DNA of 64,000 nucleotides from an uncultured Clostridia bacterium (GCA_934754475.1 CAKVHV010000001.1:251670-315669), one strand, 5' to 3'. Counted from the stretch's first letter, positions 40,281 through 48,639 are shown. Notes: generated from the sequence alone by a model not told the origin. Program-made: numbers and translations.

Positions 40281-40310
40281 TTGACAAATTAGAACGGGGG
40301 GGGGTATAAT
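40281..40310 (+). promoter_or_regulatory. consensus sigma-A promoter with a G9 homopolymer in the spacer
   Basis: TTGACA (40281-40286), 18-nt spacer AATTAGAACGGGGGGGGG (G9 at 40296-40304), TATAAT (40305-40310). Lies 47 nt upstream of the lipoprotein gene. Confidence 0.7.
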
Positions 40311-40356
40311 ACTGATGAAGGAGTGTACATTTTGCACTTAAAACAAAGGAGAAAAA

Positions 40357-41475
40357 ATGAAGAAAAAAGGGAAAATAATTACAGCACTAGCATCAATTGG
40401 CTTGTGTCTTGGCGGAGCGGTTTTGTTATCCGGTTGTGACAAAGGTGGAAATGCTGATGGAAGTAATAACACAACTGATGCTCAAATAAGAGTGGTGTAT
40501 GCCGAAGCAGTTGAGAACGGATACACTGGAACTTACGAAGAATGGCTAGAAAGTATAAAAGGTGCAAAAGGTGACAAGGGTGATACTGGATTAAAGGGCG
40601 ACAAAGGCGATAAGGGAGATAAAGGTGACCCAGGTGCACCGGGAAAGGATGCAACTGTTGCTACATATACAATCACTTTTGATTATGGTACTACAGATTT
40701 TGCAGGTACTCTAGAAATGAGACGTTTATTTACTAATGCATATCTTAGTGGAACAATTAAGTCAAATTCATGGATAAAAAATATGCCAAAACCCAAGGCG
40801 GAATATGGTGACTTTTTTGATGGGTGGTATATTGAAGATACTGATAAAAAAATTGAAGACTATGATTTTATAGGTGGTGATGTCAAATTAGTCGCTAGAT
40901 ATAAGGATATTGGTTGGAGTTTGACTGGACAAACTTATGTTGTTGATGAAAATAGCAAATTGGTTATAATCAATAAATCCGACAGTTCTGACACAATTTC
41001 AAAATATATTAAACGCAGTATAGACAATATAGAAACTAGTTTGATTGAAAGAGTTGTTGTTTTTGATGAAACTGTCAAAGGGATTATGGATTTGGGTTTT
41101 TATAATTGTAAAAATCTTAAATCAGTTGTTTTGCCGGATAGTATTAACTGGATAGGTACTAGTGCTTTTTCAGGGTGTAATTCATTAAATTACATATCAT
41201 CATCTTCAAATCTTGAGAGTATAAAAGATAATGCATTTTCTGGTTGTAGTTCATTAAGAAATATAGCGCTATCTAATAATCTACAAAGAATAGGTGATGC
41301 TGCTTTTTCTGGCTGTGATTTGCTATACTCAGTTAGTTTTGATGGATTACTAAGTGAATGGTTTCAAATTGAAATGGTATCAGCTTCAAGTAATCCGCTA
41401 TATAATGCACCTAGACCAACTCTCAAAGTTAAAGATGAAAATAATGAATGGATAACCGTGGATTTAACGTATTAA
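40357..41475 (+). CDS. surface lipoprotein with a collagen-like Gly-X-Y repeat and BspA-type leucine-rich repeats
   Basis: Signal peptide with lipobox LLSGCD. GAKGDKGDTGLKGDKGDKGDKGDPGAPGKD triplet repeat. YTITFDYG...FDGWY repeat. LRRs of the type IGTSAFSGCNSLNYI / IKDNAFSGCSSLRNI / IGDAAFSGCDLL. Confidence 0.8.
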   Translation: MKKKGKIITALASIGLCLGGAVLLSGCDKGGNADGSNNTTDAQIRVVYAEAVENGYTGTYEEWLESIKGAKGDKGDTGLKGDKGDKGDKGDPGAPGKDATVATYTITFDYGTTDFAGTLEMRRLFTNAYLSGTIKSNSWIKNMPKPKAEYGDFFDGWYIEDTDKKIEDYDFIGGDVKLVARYKDIGWSLTGQTYVVDENSKLVIINKSDSSDTISKYIKRSIDNIETSLIERVVVFDETVKGIMDLGFYNCKNLKSVVLPDSINWIGTSAFSGCNSLNYISSSSNLESIKDNAFSGCSSLRNIALSNNLQRIGDAAFSGCDLLYSVSFDGLLSEWFQIEMVSASSNPLYNAPRPTLKVKDENNEWITVDLTY

Positions 41476-41855
41476 AAATTGGTGAAAATGGTTATTCAAT
41501 GCCAAAAGCATATACAACTCATGGTTTTTATAGAATTCAGTTTGGCTCAGATATAACTGATATTCCAGATGAAATTTTTGCTAATAATAAAATTTTACAA
41601 ATAGTTGAGCTTACAAATAATATCAAAACAATAGGTGCTAGCGCATTTGGTGGTTGTACAAAAATTGAAGCAATCTATTTGTCAACAAATGAAAGTCAGT
41701 ACGAAGCAGTTCTTAAAAATAATATTGGAAATTACAATAAATGTTTTACTGATAATGTCAAATTTTATTCCGAGACACAGCCAACTGAAAATCTTGAAAA
41801 TTACTGGCACTACGATAGTGATGGTGTTACTCCAGTTATTTGGTCTGCGGAATAA
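41448..41855 (+). CDS. LRR-domain protein without a signal peptide (possibly the frameshifted 3' part of the preceding lipoprotein gene)
   Basis: IPDEIFANNKILQIVELTNNIKTIGASAFGGCTKIEAIYL continues the same LRR type. It overlaps the upstream ORF by 28 nt in another frame and has no RBS or leader of its own. Confidence 0.5.
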   Translation: MDNRGFNVLKIGENGYSMPKAYTTHGFYRIQFGSDITDIPDEIFANNKILQIVELTNNIKTIGASAFGGCTKIEAIYLSTNESQYEAVLKNNIGNYNKCFTDNVKFYSETQPTENLENYWHYDSDGVTPVIWSAE

Positions 41856-41871
41856 AACTAATACAAAAATA

Positions 41872-41907
41872 AAAAAATACAAACGTCAAAAAAGTTTGTA
41901 TTTTTTT
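41872..41907 (+). terminator. rho-independent terminator
   Basis: ATACAAAC-GTCAAAAAA-GTTTGTAT followed by T7. Confidence 0.7.
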
Positions 41908-41977
41908 AAATTTCATCAAAAAATAGGTTGTATTTATCCTATTATTTGTGATATAATAAAAATGTTAGGGGGTATTT

Positions 41978-42217
41978 ATGATTACAGATACAAACAATTT
42001 AATATCTATTACAGAAGCAAATCAAAATTTTTCTAAGGTTGTAAAAAATGTTGAACAAAATGGCGAAGTGATAATACTCAAAAATAACAAGCCACAATAT
42101 GTAGTTTCAAAATTTGAAAACAAAGAAAATACATTAGACGAAAATGCTATGACTTTGGTTGTTGCCAATATGATTTTAACTGAGCATTCAAGGGCTTTTA
42201 AGGAGCTAGGAAAATGA
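41978..42217 (+). CDS. phd: Phd/YefM-family antitoxin
   Basis: 79 aa. ISITEANQNFSKVVKNVEQNGEVIILKNNKPQYVV is typical of the Phd/YefM N-terminus. Overlaps the doc start (ATGA). Confidence 0.8.
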   Translation: MITDTNNLISITEANQNFSKVVKNVEQNGEVIILKNNKPQYVVSKFENKENTLDENAMTLVVANMILTEHSRAFKELGK

Positions 42218-42594
42218 TAAGATTTGACAAAGAAAAAGTTCTTCTTTTGCAACAATTAATCATTAAATCTTCGGGTGGAACTGCGGGTGTTAGAGATTTT
42301 GGGTTGCTGGATTCTGCTATAAATAGTGTTTATCAGACTTTTGATGGTGTAGAACTATATCCTTCCAAAGAAGAAAAGGGTGCAAGACTTGGATTTTGTT
42401 TGGTATCCAATCATGCATTCGTTGATGGAAACAAACGAATTGGTCTGCTTGTTATGTTATCCTTTCTTGCAATAAACGGGATTAAAATGAAATATACTGA
42501 TGATGAATTAATAGAAATAGGGTTGGCTCTTGCAGATGGCAAAATGAAATATGAACATTTGCTTAATTGGATTAAGGAACATAAGATTTATTAA
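42214..42594 (+). CDS. doc: Doc (death-on-curing) Fic-fold toxin
   Basis: Fic/Doc motif HAFVDGNKRIG. 126 aa, coupled to phd. Confidence 0.85.
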   Translation: MIRFDKEKVLLLQQLIIKSSGGTAGVRDFGLLDSAINSVYQTFDGVELYPSKEEKGARLGFCLVSNHAFVDGNKRIGLLVMLSFLAINGIKMKYTDDELIEIGLALADGKMKYEHLLNWIKEHKIY

Positions 42595-42598
42595 TTAT

Positions 42599-42636
42599 AA
42601 ATAGCAACTAAGGTTTAATTTAGTTGCTATTTTATG
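42599..42636. terminator. bidirectional terminator between doc and rpmB
   Basis: AAATAGCAACTAA...TTAGTTGCTATTT hairpin flanked by A and T runs. Confidence 0.65.
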
Positions 42637-42701
42637 ATATTGAATTCAAACAACAAAAAAACTCCTAACAATTTTGTTAGGAGATATTTTTATATGTCAA
42701 A

Positions 42702-42890
42702 TTACTTTTCTTCGTTTTTAAGAGTTTTTAGACATCTTGTGCAAATATATTCGTTTTGGATTTTTCCGTCAACTTCAATAGATTTCTTTTGAAGATTCGC
42801 ACCCCAAGTTCTTCTTGTAGCGATATGAGAGTGACTTACTTGGTTTCCAGCCACTTTTTTCTTACTACATATAAAACATTCTTTTGCCAT
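42702..42890 (-). CDS. rpmB: 50S ribosomal protein L28
   Basis: MAKECFICSKKKVAGNQVSHSHIATRRTWGANLQKK is typical of L28. The track ORF extends upstream of the true ATG. Confidence 0.9.
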   Translation of the reverse strand: MAKECFICSKKKVAGNQVSHSHIATRRTWGANLQKKSIEVDGKIQNEYICTRCLKTLKNEEK

Positions 42891-43235
42891 TGTAAAATTC
42901 ACCCCCAAGGTAATTTTTTGTTTCGTTTGTAATAAACTAATAATATAATGTGTATTTTGTATGCACAAAAAAACACCAAAGTTATTTTAAACACATAGAG
43001 TATATCAAATAAATTCCGTTTAGGCAAGACTTTTTTTAAATTTATTTAAACTATTTTATTTTAAGAGTAAAATTTACAAAATCTCTTGCCAAATCTTATA
43101 TAATATTGTACAATTATATGTGTAGAAATTTCATGGTTTCTAAATTTCAAAGATTTTGTTGATTTTTTAATTTTCAAAATTTTTGGAGATAATCATTTCG
43201 GTGATTGAATAGTAAAGTTAAAAGGAGATAATACT

Positions 43236-43568
43236 ATGGCTGTTAAAACTAGTAATGCGTATGGTAATATAACAATTGATGACGAAGCAATAGCATGTGC
43301 AACTGGACATATTGCTAGAGAGTGCTATGGCGTTGTCGACTTGGTTGGTCAAGGTTCGGTTAAGTCCAAAAACCAACTTACTAAGGGTATCAAAATTATA
43401 ACCGTTGGTAATAGAATTTACATTGATTTGTTCGCTATTTTGAAATATGGTGTTTCAATCGGAACTGTAACAGACAACCTTAAGAGTGCTGTTAAGTACG
43501 GAGTAGAACAATTTACTGGAATGATTGTTGATAGTGTAAATATAAATGTAGTAGGAGTTAGGGTTTAA
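43236..43568 (+). CDS. Asp23/Gls24-family envelope stress protein (YloU-like)
   Basis: 110 aa; IDDEAIACATGHIARECYGVV and the conserved rpmB/asp23/yloV neighbourhood. Confidence 0.8.
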   Translation: MAVKTSNAYGNITIDDEAIACATGHIARECYGVVDLVGQGSVKSKNQLTKGIKIITVGNRIYIDLFAILKYGVSIGTVTDNLKSAVKYGVEQFTGMIVDSVNINVVGVRV

Positions 43569-43606
43569 TTTTTTAGACGTAACTTCTTTAAAGGGATATA
43601 TAAATT

Positions 43607-45253
43607 ATGTTAAAAACAATAAACAGTACAATGTTTCGCAAAATGATTATTGCTAGTGCGAAAATTTTGGATGATAACAAAGGTTTTGTAGACTCATTAA
43701 ACGTATTTCCAGTGCCAGATGGTGATACTGGAACAAACATGAGTTTGACTTATAATAATGTTGTAAAAGAACTTAATAATTGTTTGGAGAATGATTTTGC
43801 TTCAATTTCAAGAGCGGTTGTAACTGGCGCTCTTAGGGGTGCAAGGGGAAACTCTGGTGTTATTCTTTCACAAATTCTCAAAGGAATAAGTAATGTTGTT
43901 GGTACTTGTGAAAAAGAATTAACTACTAAGATGTTTGCAAAGGCTATGGCAGAAGGTTCAAGTATTGCTTACAAAGCAGTTGCTTCTCCTAAGGAAGGAA
44001 CAATTCTTACAGTTATTAGAGTTATGTCTGAGTCTGCTCAACGTAATTGCAAAAAGCATGCTGACTTTGAAGCTTTCTTTGATGCTATTTTAAATGATGG
44101 CGAAGCGATTTTGCAACAAACTCCTGAGATGTTGCCTGTTCTTAAAAAAGCTGGTGTTGTAGATGCTGGTGGTAGGGGACTTATTATTATCTTCAAGGGT
44201 ATGCAAAAAGTTATACTTGGTGAAGAAGACTTTGATATTAACATCGAGCAATTAATTAGCACACAAGCAATGAACAACAATGACTTCTATGTAAATTTGG
44301 ACAACCTTGCGGATATTGAATTTGCTTACTGTACTGAGTTTATGATTACTCATATGAAAAAGAAGACAACCGAAAGCGATATTGAAAAGTTTAGAGAAAA
44401 TCTAAGTAATATCGGCGATTCTGTTGTGTGTTTTGGTGATTTGGAACTTGTTAAGGTTCACGTACATACAAATCAGCCAAACTTGGCTTTGGGTTCAGCT
44501 TTGGAACTTGGAGAAATTATTAACATTAAGATTGAAAACATGGTTGAGCAAAACAGGGAACTTAAACGTGCTCAAACTCAACGTCAACAAAATCTAAAAG
44601 AAATCGGTATTGTAGCAGTAGCACCAGGTCAAGGAATTGCTAACGTATTTGCTGATTTGTTGGTTGATGATATGATTGAAGGTGGACAAACTATGAATCC
44701 GTCCGCCGAAGATATAGCCAAAGCGGTTGATAGAATTCCGGCTAAAAATGTAATAGTTTTGCCTAATAACAAAAATATTATCTTGGCTGCCGAACAAGCA
44801 AAAACTCTTACCAAAAAGATTTTGCATGTAATTCCTACTAAGTCTATTCCAGAAGGTGTGGCTTCAGTTCTTGCATTTAATCCAGATGCAACTATTGACG
44901 AAAACATCGAAGCAATGACAAATGCCAAAGAATCTGTTACAAGTGCATCTGTTACTTATGCTGTAAGAACTACACATGTTAATGGTTTTGACTTGCAAAC
45001 AGGGGACATTATTGGTCTTGATAACAAAGGAATTATTGCCAAAGGTAGTTTGGTTAAAGATACAACTATTCAACTTATTGACAAATTAGTTAGTCCTGAT
45101 AGCGTTAATATTACATTATTCTATGGCAAGGATGTTGCCGAAGAAGATGCTAATGCCTTGGCTGAAGAACTAGAACAACGTTTCCCAGATTGTGATATTA
45201 ATATGATTTCGGGCGAACAACCTGTTTATTATTACATAATTTCAATTGAATAA
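43607..45253 (+). CDS. DAK2-domain protein YloV-like
   Basis: Dak2 motif PVPDGDTGTNM and RGNSGVILSQ; long C-terminal domain as in YloV. Confidence 0.85.
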   Translation: MLKTINSTMFRKMIIASAKILDDNKGFVDSLNVFPVPDGDTGTNMSLTYNNVVKELNNCLENDFASISRAVVTGALRGARGNSGVILSQILKGISNVVGTCEKELTTKMFAKAMAEGSSIAYKAVASPKEGTILTVIRVMSESAQRNCKKHADFEAFFDAILNDGEAILQQTPEMLPVLKKAGVVDAGGRGLIIIFKGMQKVILGEEDFDINIEQLISTQAMNNNDFYVNLDNLADIEFAYCTEFMITHMKKKTTESDIEKFRENLSNIGDSVVCFGDLELVKVHVHTNQPNLALGSALELGEIINIKIENMVEQNRELKRAQTQRQQNLKEIGIVAVAPGQGIANVFADLLVDDMIEGGQTMNPSAEDIAKAVDRIPAKNVIVLPNNKNIILAAEQAKTLTKKILHVIPTKSIPEGVASVLAFNPDATIDENIEAMTNAKESVTSASVTYAVRTTHVNGFDLQTGDIIGLDNKGIIAKGSLVKDTTIQLIDKLVSPDSVNITLFYGKDVAEEDANALAEELEQRFPDCDINMISGEQPVYYYIISIE

Positions 45254-45259
45254 ATTTTA

Positions 45260-45292
45260 AAAGTGTCAAGACTTGTCTTGGCACTTTTGCTT
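45260..45292 (+). terminator. rho-independent terminator after yloV-like
   Basis: AAAGTGTCAAG...CTTGGCACTTT hairpin followed by TGCTTT. Confidence 0.6.
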
Positions 45293-45391
45293 TATTTAGT
45301 ATTTTTTTGGCAGTTTAATATTGACAAATAATTATTTTTGAAATAAAATAAGTACACAAAGAAAATATTTGTTTTATAAAGTGGGGTATTT

Positions 45392-46051
45392 ATGAATAGG
45401 TCCAAATTACTTTTTTCTTTTAGTTTAATAAACTTTGTCGCAGTTTTAATTTGTGTATTCCTTATGCCAAATCAAGTTGTTATAAAGTTTGACGCAGACA
45501 TGTTGGTTACAGATTTGTTTAGTCATTGGTTTTCAATAATTATTCCGGCGCTACAAGTTGTTTCGTGTTTTATAATCTTGTTTATAGACCAAAAGGAGCA
45601 ATGGAAAGTTCCACATCATTATAGATATATAGTTGCATATATTGCTATTTCTCTTGCGACCTTGTACTCGTGGATAATGATAGCAATTCAGTTTGGTGGA
45701 TACAATGTTGGAGACAAGGTTAAACTTCCTTTGACTTGTCTAATTTTAATCCCGCTTGCACTATTTATGCTTGTTTATACTTATTATCAAGGTTACCGAA
45801 AGTTCCAAAACAAGTCAATTTTTGGCTTTAGTTGGGTTAAAAATAGCCCTATGGCATGGAAAAAGACACACTTTAACGCAAGTGTTAACGGAATGATTTG
45901 TGCAATTTTGATGATTTGCACTGCGGTTATTAATGATGTTAAATTTAATGGTTCAGCATGGGCATATATTGTTGCTCTTGGATTATTTGTAGTTGTATAT
46001 TATTTGTTTACTTTGGTTTATTCTTATATAATTTCCAAAGATTATAGATAA
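45392..46051 (+). CDS. polytopic membrane protein (SdpI/YhfL-like)
   Basis: 219 aa, about 6 TM. The central IFGFSWVKNSPMAWKKTHF resembles the SdpI-family loop. Weak call. Confidence 0.45.
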   Translation: MNRSKLLFSFSLINFVAVLICVFLMPNQVVIKFDADMLVTDLFSHWFSIIIPALQVVSCFIILFIDQKEQWKVPHHYRYIVAYIAISLATLYSWIMIAIQFGGYNVGDKVKLPLTCLILIPLALFMLVYTYYQGYRKFQNKSIFGFSWVKNSPMAWKKTHFNASVNGMICAILMICTAVINDVKFNGSAWAYIVALGLFVVVYYLFTLVYSYIISKDYR

Positions 46052-46242
46052 TAACTTGGAATAGAACTTTGAATATTATTGCAATTTAAATCTGTTTAAA
46101 AGTATTAAATTGAGATTTTACTTTGCAATCATTTCAAAGTTTTTTTTACATATTTTGGATAGTAAGTGTTGTAATATTTTGTCGAATATAAAGCCAAAAT
46201 ATAATAACAAAGCAATGCTTTGTTAAAATAGGAGGTGGACTT

Positions 46243-46383
46243 ATGGCACTTAGAAAATGCAATAGTACTTCAAAAAAGAATTGTTCTACAAAGAGAGCAA
46301 CTAAGAAAACAGAAGCAAGTACTGACAATGCAAAATCTAGAACAACTGCTAAAAAGACTTCTAGAACAAAAAATTGTAACTAA
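46243..46383 (+). CDS. 46-aa very basic Ser/Thr/Lys-rich small protein
   Basis: MALRKCNSTSKKNCSTKRATKKTEASTDNAKSRTTAKKTSRTKNCN. Strong SD AGGAGGTG 5-6 nt upstream of the ATG. Below the ORF-track cutoff. The antisense track ORF 46146..46328 is judged to be a shadow. Confidence 0.5.
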   Translation: MALRKCNSTSKKNCSTKRATKKTEASTDNAKSRTTAKKTSRTKNCN

Positions 46384-46573
46384 TTAAAGTTCGGTTTTTC
46401 ACTTCAAATTATTTTGTATCATAACACTTTTTCGCAAAAAAAATCATATGTGGTTAGTCAAAGTAATTTGAAGTGTTTTTTTGTGTAAAGTTAAATTAGT
46501 TTATATCGTCATATTATAAAGTTGACTTTGCATATAGTTAAGATTATAATATAGTTAGTAAAGGGGAAATTTA

Positions 46574-47101
46574 ATGGAAGATAAGTTTAAATTAATTTTG
46601 GATGATGATGAAAAAATAGTTGAAGTTTTACGTCCTAACAAAGAAAAATTAATTTTTTCTACCATTTTTGGTTGTTTACTAATAGGATTAATATTTTGCT
46701 TGCCATTACTTATAGCATTCATTACTGAAGAAACTGAAACAAATGGACTTTTGTGGATTATTCCTGTTGTAATTTTTGTGTTGATTTTGGTGATTGCTAT
46801 TATAGTTTCGATTTTGTATTACAACAAAACTTATTATGCCTTTACAAATAAACGATTGGTTGTAAGAACCGGTATTATTGGTGTAGACTACAAAAGTTTG
46901 GATATGAAAACAATTGGTGCAATTAATGTTTATGTAAGTTTAATTGATAAAATTTTACACAAAAACACTGGTAGTTTGCGTTTTGGCAGTATGAGTAGTC
47001 CAATTAACGGACAAAATAGTGCATTTAATTTTAGTCATATTACAAATCCATATGAAAATTATAAGAAGATTAAAGAATATATTGAAAATATAAAAAAATA
47101 G
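46574..47101 (+). CDS. membrane-anchored bacterial PH-domain protein (YdbS/YdbT-like)
   Basis: Two TM segments followed by YYAFTNKRLVVRTGIIGVDYKSLDMKTI, typical of bPH_2 domains. Confidence 0.65.
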   Translation: MEDKFKLILDDDEKIVEVLRPNKEKLIFSTIFGCLLIGLIFCLPLLIAFITEETETNGLLWIIPVVIFVLILVIAIIVSILYYNKTYYAFTNKRLVVRTGIIGVDYKSLDMKTIGAINVYVSLIDKILHKNTGSLRFGSMSSPINGQNSAFNFSHITNPYENYKKIKEYIENIKK

Positions 47102-47242
47102 TCTAATTAAAAAATGTCTTGAAACATAATAAAAAATGCAACAAAAATTATTTTAAAAAAATTTTAAAAAATTATAAAAAAAGTGTTGCATTTTTTAAAA
47201 ATATTTGATATATTAATAAAGTACTTGATACAAGGACAGTGT

Positions 47243-47318
47243 GGGAGTTTAGCTCAGCTGGGAGAGCATCTGCCTTACAAGCAGGAGGTCATAGGTTCGA
47301 GCCCTATAACTCCCACCA
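47243..47318 (+). tRNA. tRNA-Val (UAC)
   Basis: Cloverleaf by eye: acceptor GGGAGTT/AACTCCC, anticodon loop CTTACAA, T loop GGTTCGAGCC, encoded CCA. Confidence 0.9.
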
Positions 47319-47342
47319 TTTTATTTTAATTTTGTATTATGT

Positions 47343-47392
47343 ACGGGAGCGGCGGCAGAAAGCGCGGTAGAGCGACGACTTGCCAAGGCGAC
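47343..47392 (+). pseudogene. degenerate copy of the 5' half of tRNA-Gly (acceptor to anticodon arm)
   Basis: ACGGGAGCGGC...GGTAGAGCGACGACTTGCCAAGGCGAC versus the genuine GCGGGAGTGGCTCAGTGGTAGAGCGTCGCCTTGCCAAGGCGAA 14 nt downstream. Lacks a T arm and 3' acceptor strand. Confidence 0.7.
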
Positions 47393-47405
47393 CAAAATTT
47401 AATAT

Positions 47406-47480
47406 GCGGGAGTGGCTCAGTGGTAGAGCGTCGCCTTGCCAAGGCGAATGTCGCGAGTTCGAATCTCGTCTTCCGCTCCA
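47406..47480 (+). tRNA. tRNA-Gly (GCC)
   Basis: Acceptor GCGGGAG/CTTCCGC, anticodon loop TTGCCAA, T loop GTTCGAATC, encoded CCA. Confidence 0.9.
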
Positions 47481-47513
47481 ATCTAAATCTCACTTATGTG
47501 AGATTTTTTTGTT
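47467..47513 (+). repeat. direct repeat copy 1: last 14 nt of tRNA-Gly plus its terminator
   Basis: CGTCTTCCGCTCCAATCTAAATCTCACTTATGTGAGATTTTTTTGTT, identical to 47717-47763. Confidence 0.95.
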
Positions 47514-47716
47514 GCTAGTGACGAGATTCATGTTGTCAAATGACAACAACCAAAGTGCAGTTTTGCACTTTGGGAACTCACGACCAAGTCGCATGTATTC
47601 GTGCAATAGACGTTTGTACTAATAAAATACGAATTGATGTGAATTATGATACGTCTTTTGAAGTATAGTAGTTAGCACGAAGGCTGAGCCAACCAAGGTT
47701 GACTCTGCACCGAACA

Positions 47717-47763
47717 CGTCTTCCGCTCCAATCTAAATCTCACTTATGTGAGATTTTTTTGTT
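47717..47763 (+). repeat. direct repeat copy 2: orphan tRNA-Gly 3' end plus terminator
   Basis: 47/47 identity with 47467-47513. Separated from copy 1 by a 203-nt hairpin-rich insert. Confidence 0.95.
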
Positions 47764-47814
47764 AAAAAATTAAGTAGTATGTGGTGAATTTTGGTAACAA
47801 AAAAATCGCTTAAT

Positions 47815-48495
47815 TTAAGCGATTTCTGTTTTATTATTTGCTAATTTTTCTTTGAAATATTCAGTCACACACAAATAACCAAGCACAAGTGTTGTAGCAA
47901 TTAATATTCCACCCAAAATATCTGTTATCCAATGTACTCCAGATATAATTCTTCCAACCAAGATTGCTAGTCCTAGTATGATTGTAATTGTATTAAGTGT
48001 TATTCTCAAAGGTTTGTTTTCGATAATTTTTAGATTTACAAATATGGCGGATGTACTAATAAACATTGCAAGAAGTGTGTGTGAAGAAGGGTAGGATGGG
48101 TCAAGGTTTCCATCAATCAAAACTGGTCTATAATTAATTTTAACAAACTCAAATAGTACATAGATTATCAAGGTTATGATGTAGAATAATCCCAAAATAG
48201 ATATTTCTGTGTCAACTTTCTTAATGCTTTTTCTTTTGATTAATTGTATTAGCCCGATAACCATATATACAAATGCAATTCCAAATGCGATGTATCCAAG
48301 CAAATTAGATAGTTTATAAAAAGTTTCGTTAAATCCTAATCTTTCTTGAAAAAATTTGTTGATTGTAGCGAGTCCTACCTGACTTTCGTTTGGACCTATG
48401 CTTTGTTTGTCTACAAGTGCAATAATTATTGTGTAGACTATTGCGAGCATGCCAAACACAATTGTGCTTATAAGCAATTTTTTACTTTTTTTCAT
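47815..48495 (-). CDS. PAP2-family membrane phosphatase
   Basis: PAP2 motifs KINYRPVL, YPSSHT and GRIISGVHWITDILGG. Start at the ATG at 48495 with a GGAG RBS. Confidence 0.75.
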   Translation of the reverse strand: MKKSKKLLISTIVFGMLAIVYTIIIALVDKQSIGPNESQVGLATINKFFQERLGFNETFYKLSNLLGYIAFGIAFVYMVIGLIQLIKRKSIKKVDTEISILGLFYIITLIIYVLFEFVKINYRPVLIDGNLDPSYPSSHTLLAMFISTSAIFVNLKIIENKPLRITLNTITIILGLAILVGRIISGVHWITDILGGILIATTLVLGYLCVTEYFKEKLANNKTEIA

Positions 48496-48639
48496 AAATA
48501 ACTCCATTTTTCTTTGAAATACTTTCAAATTCTAACAAAAAATTATTTAATAGTCAATTAATAATCAAATAAACACCAATTTAATTGACTTTTTTGAATT
48601 TAATGTGTAACATGAATTTGATATTACTTTTTAGGACGG

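Noticed and set aside
41635-42036. 133-aa ORF overlapping the LRR gene end and the phd upstream region
   Set aside because: It is out of frame with the LRR repeats and runs through a strong terminator. No RBS.
47380-47622. 80-aa ORF across tRNA-Gly (and similar ORFs at 51737..52108, 55300..55518, 55436..55681)
   Set aside because: These ORFs are read straight through tRNA genes and terminators and are artefacts of the ORF finder.
47514-47716. tmRNA, SRP RNA, 6S or RNase P RNA in the tRNA-Gly insert
   Set aside because: There is no tag-peptide ORF with an Ala-tRNA-like end, no SRP domain IV motif, and the size and structure do not fit 6S or RNase P. It is left as an unclassified structured insert.
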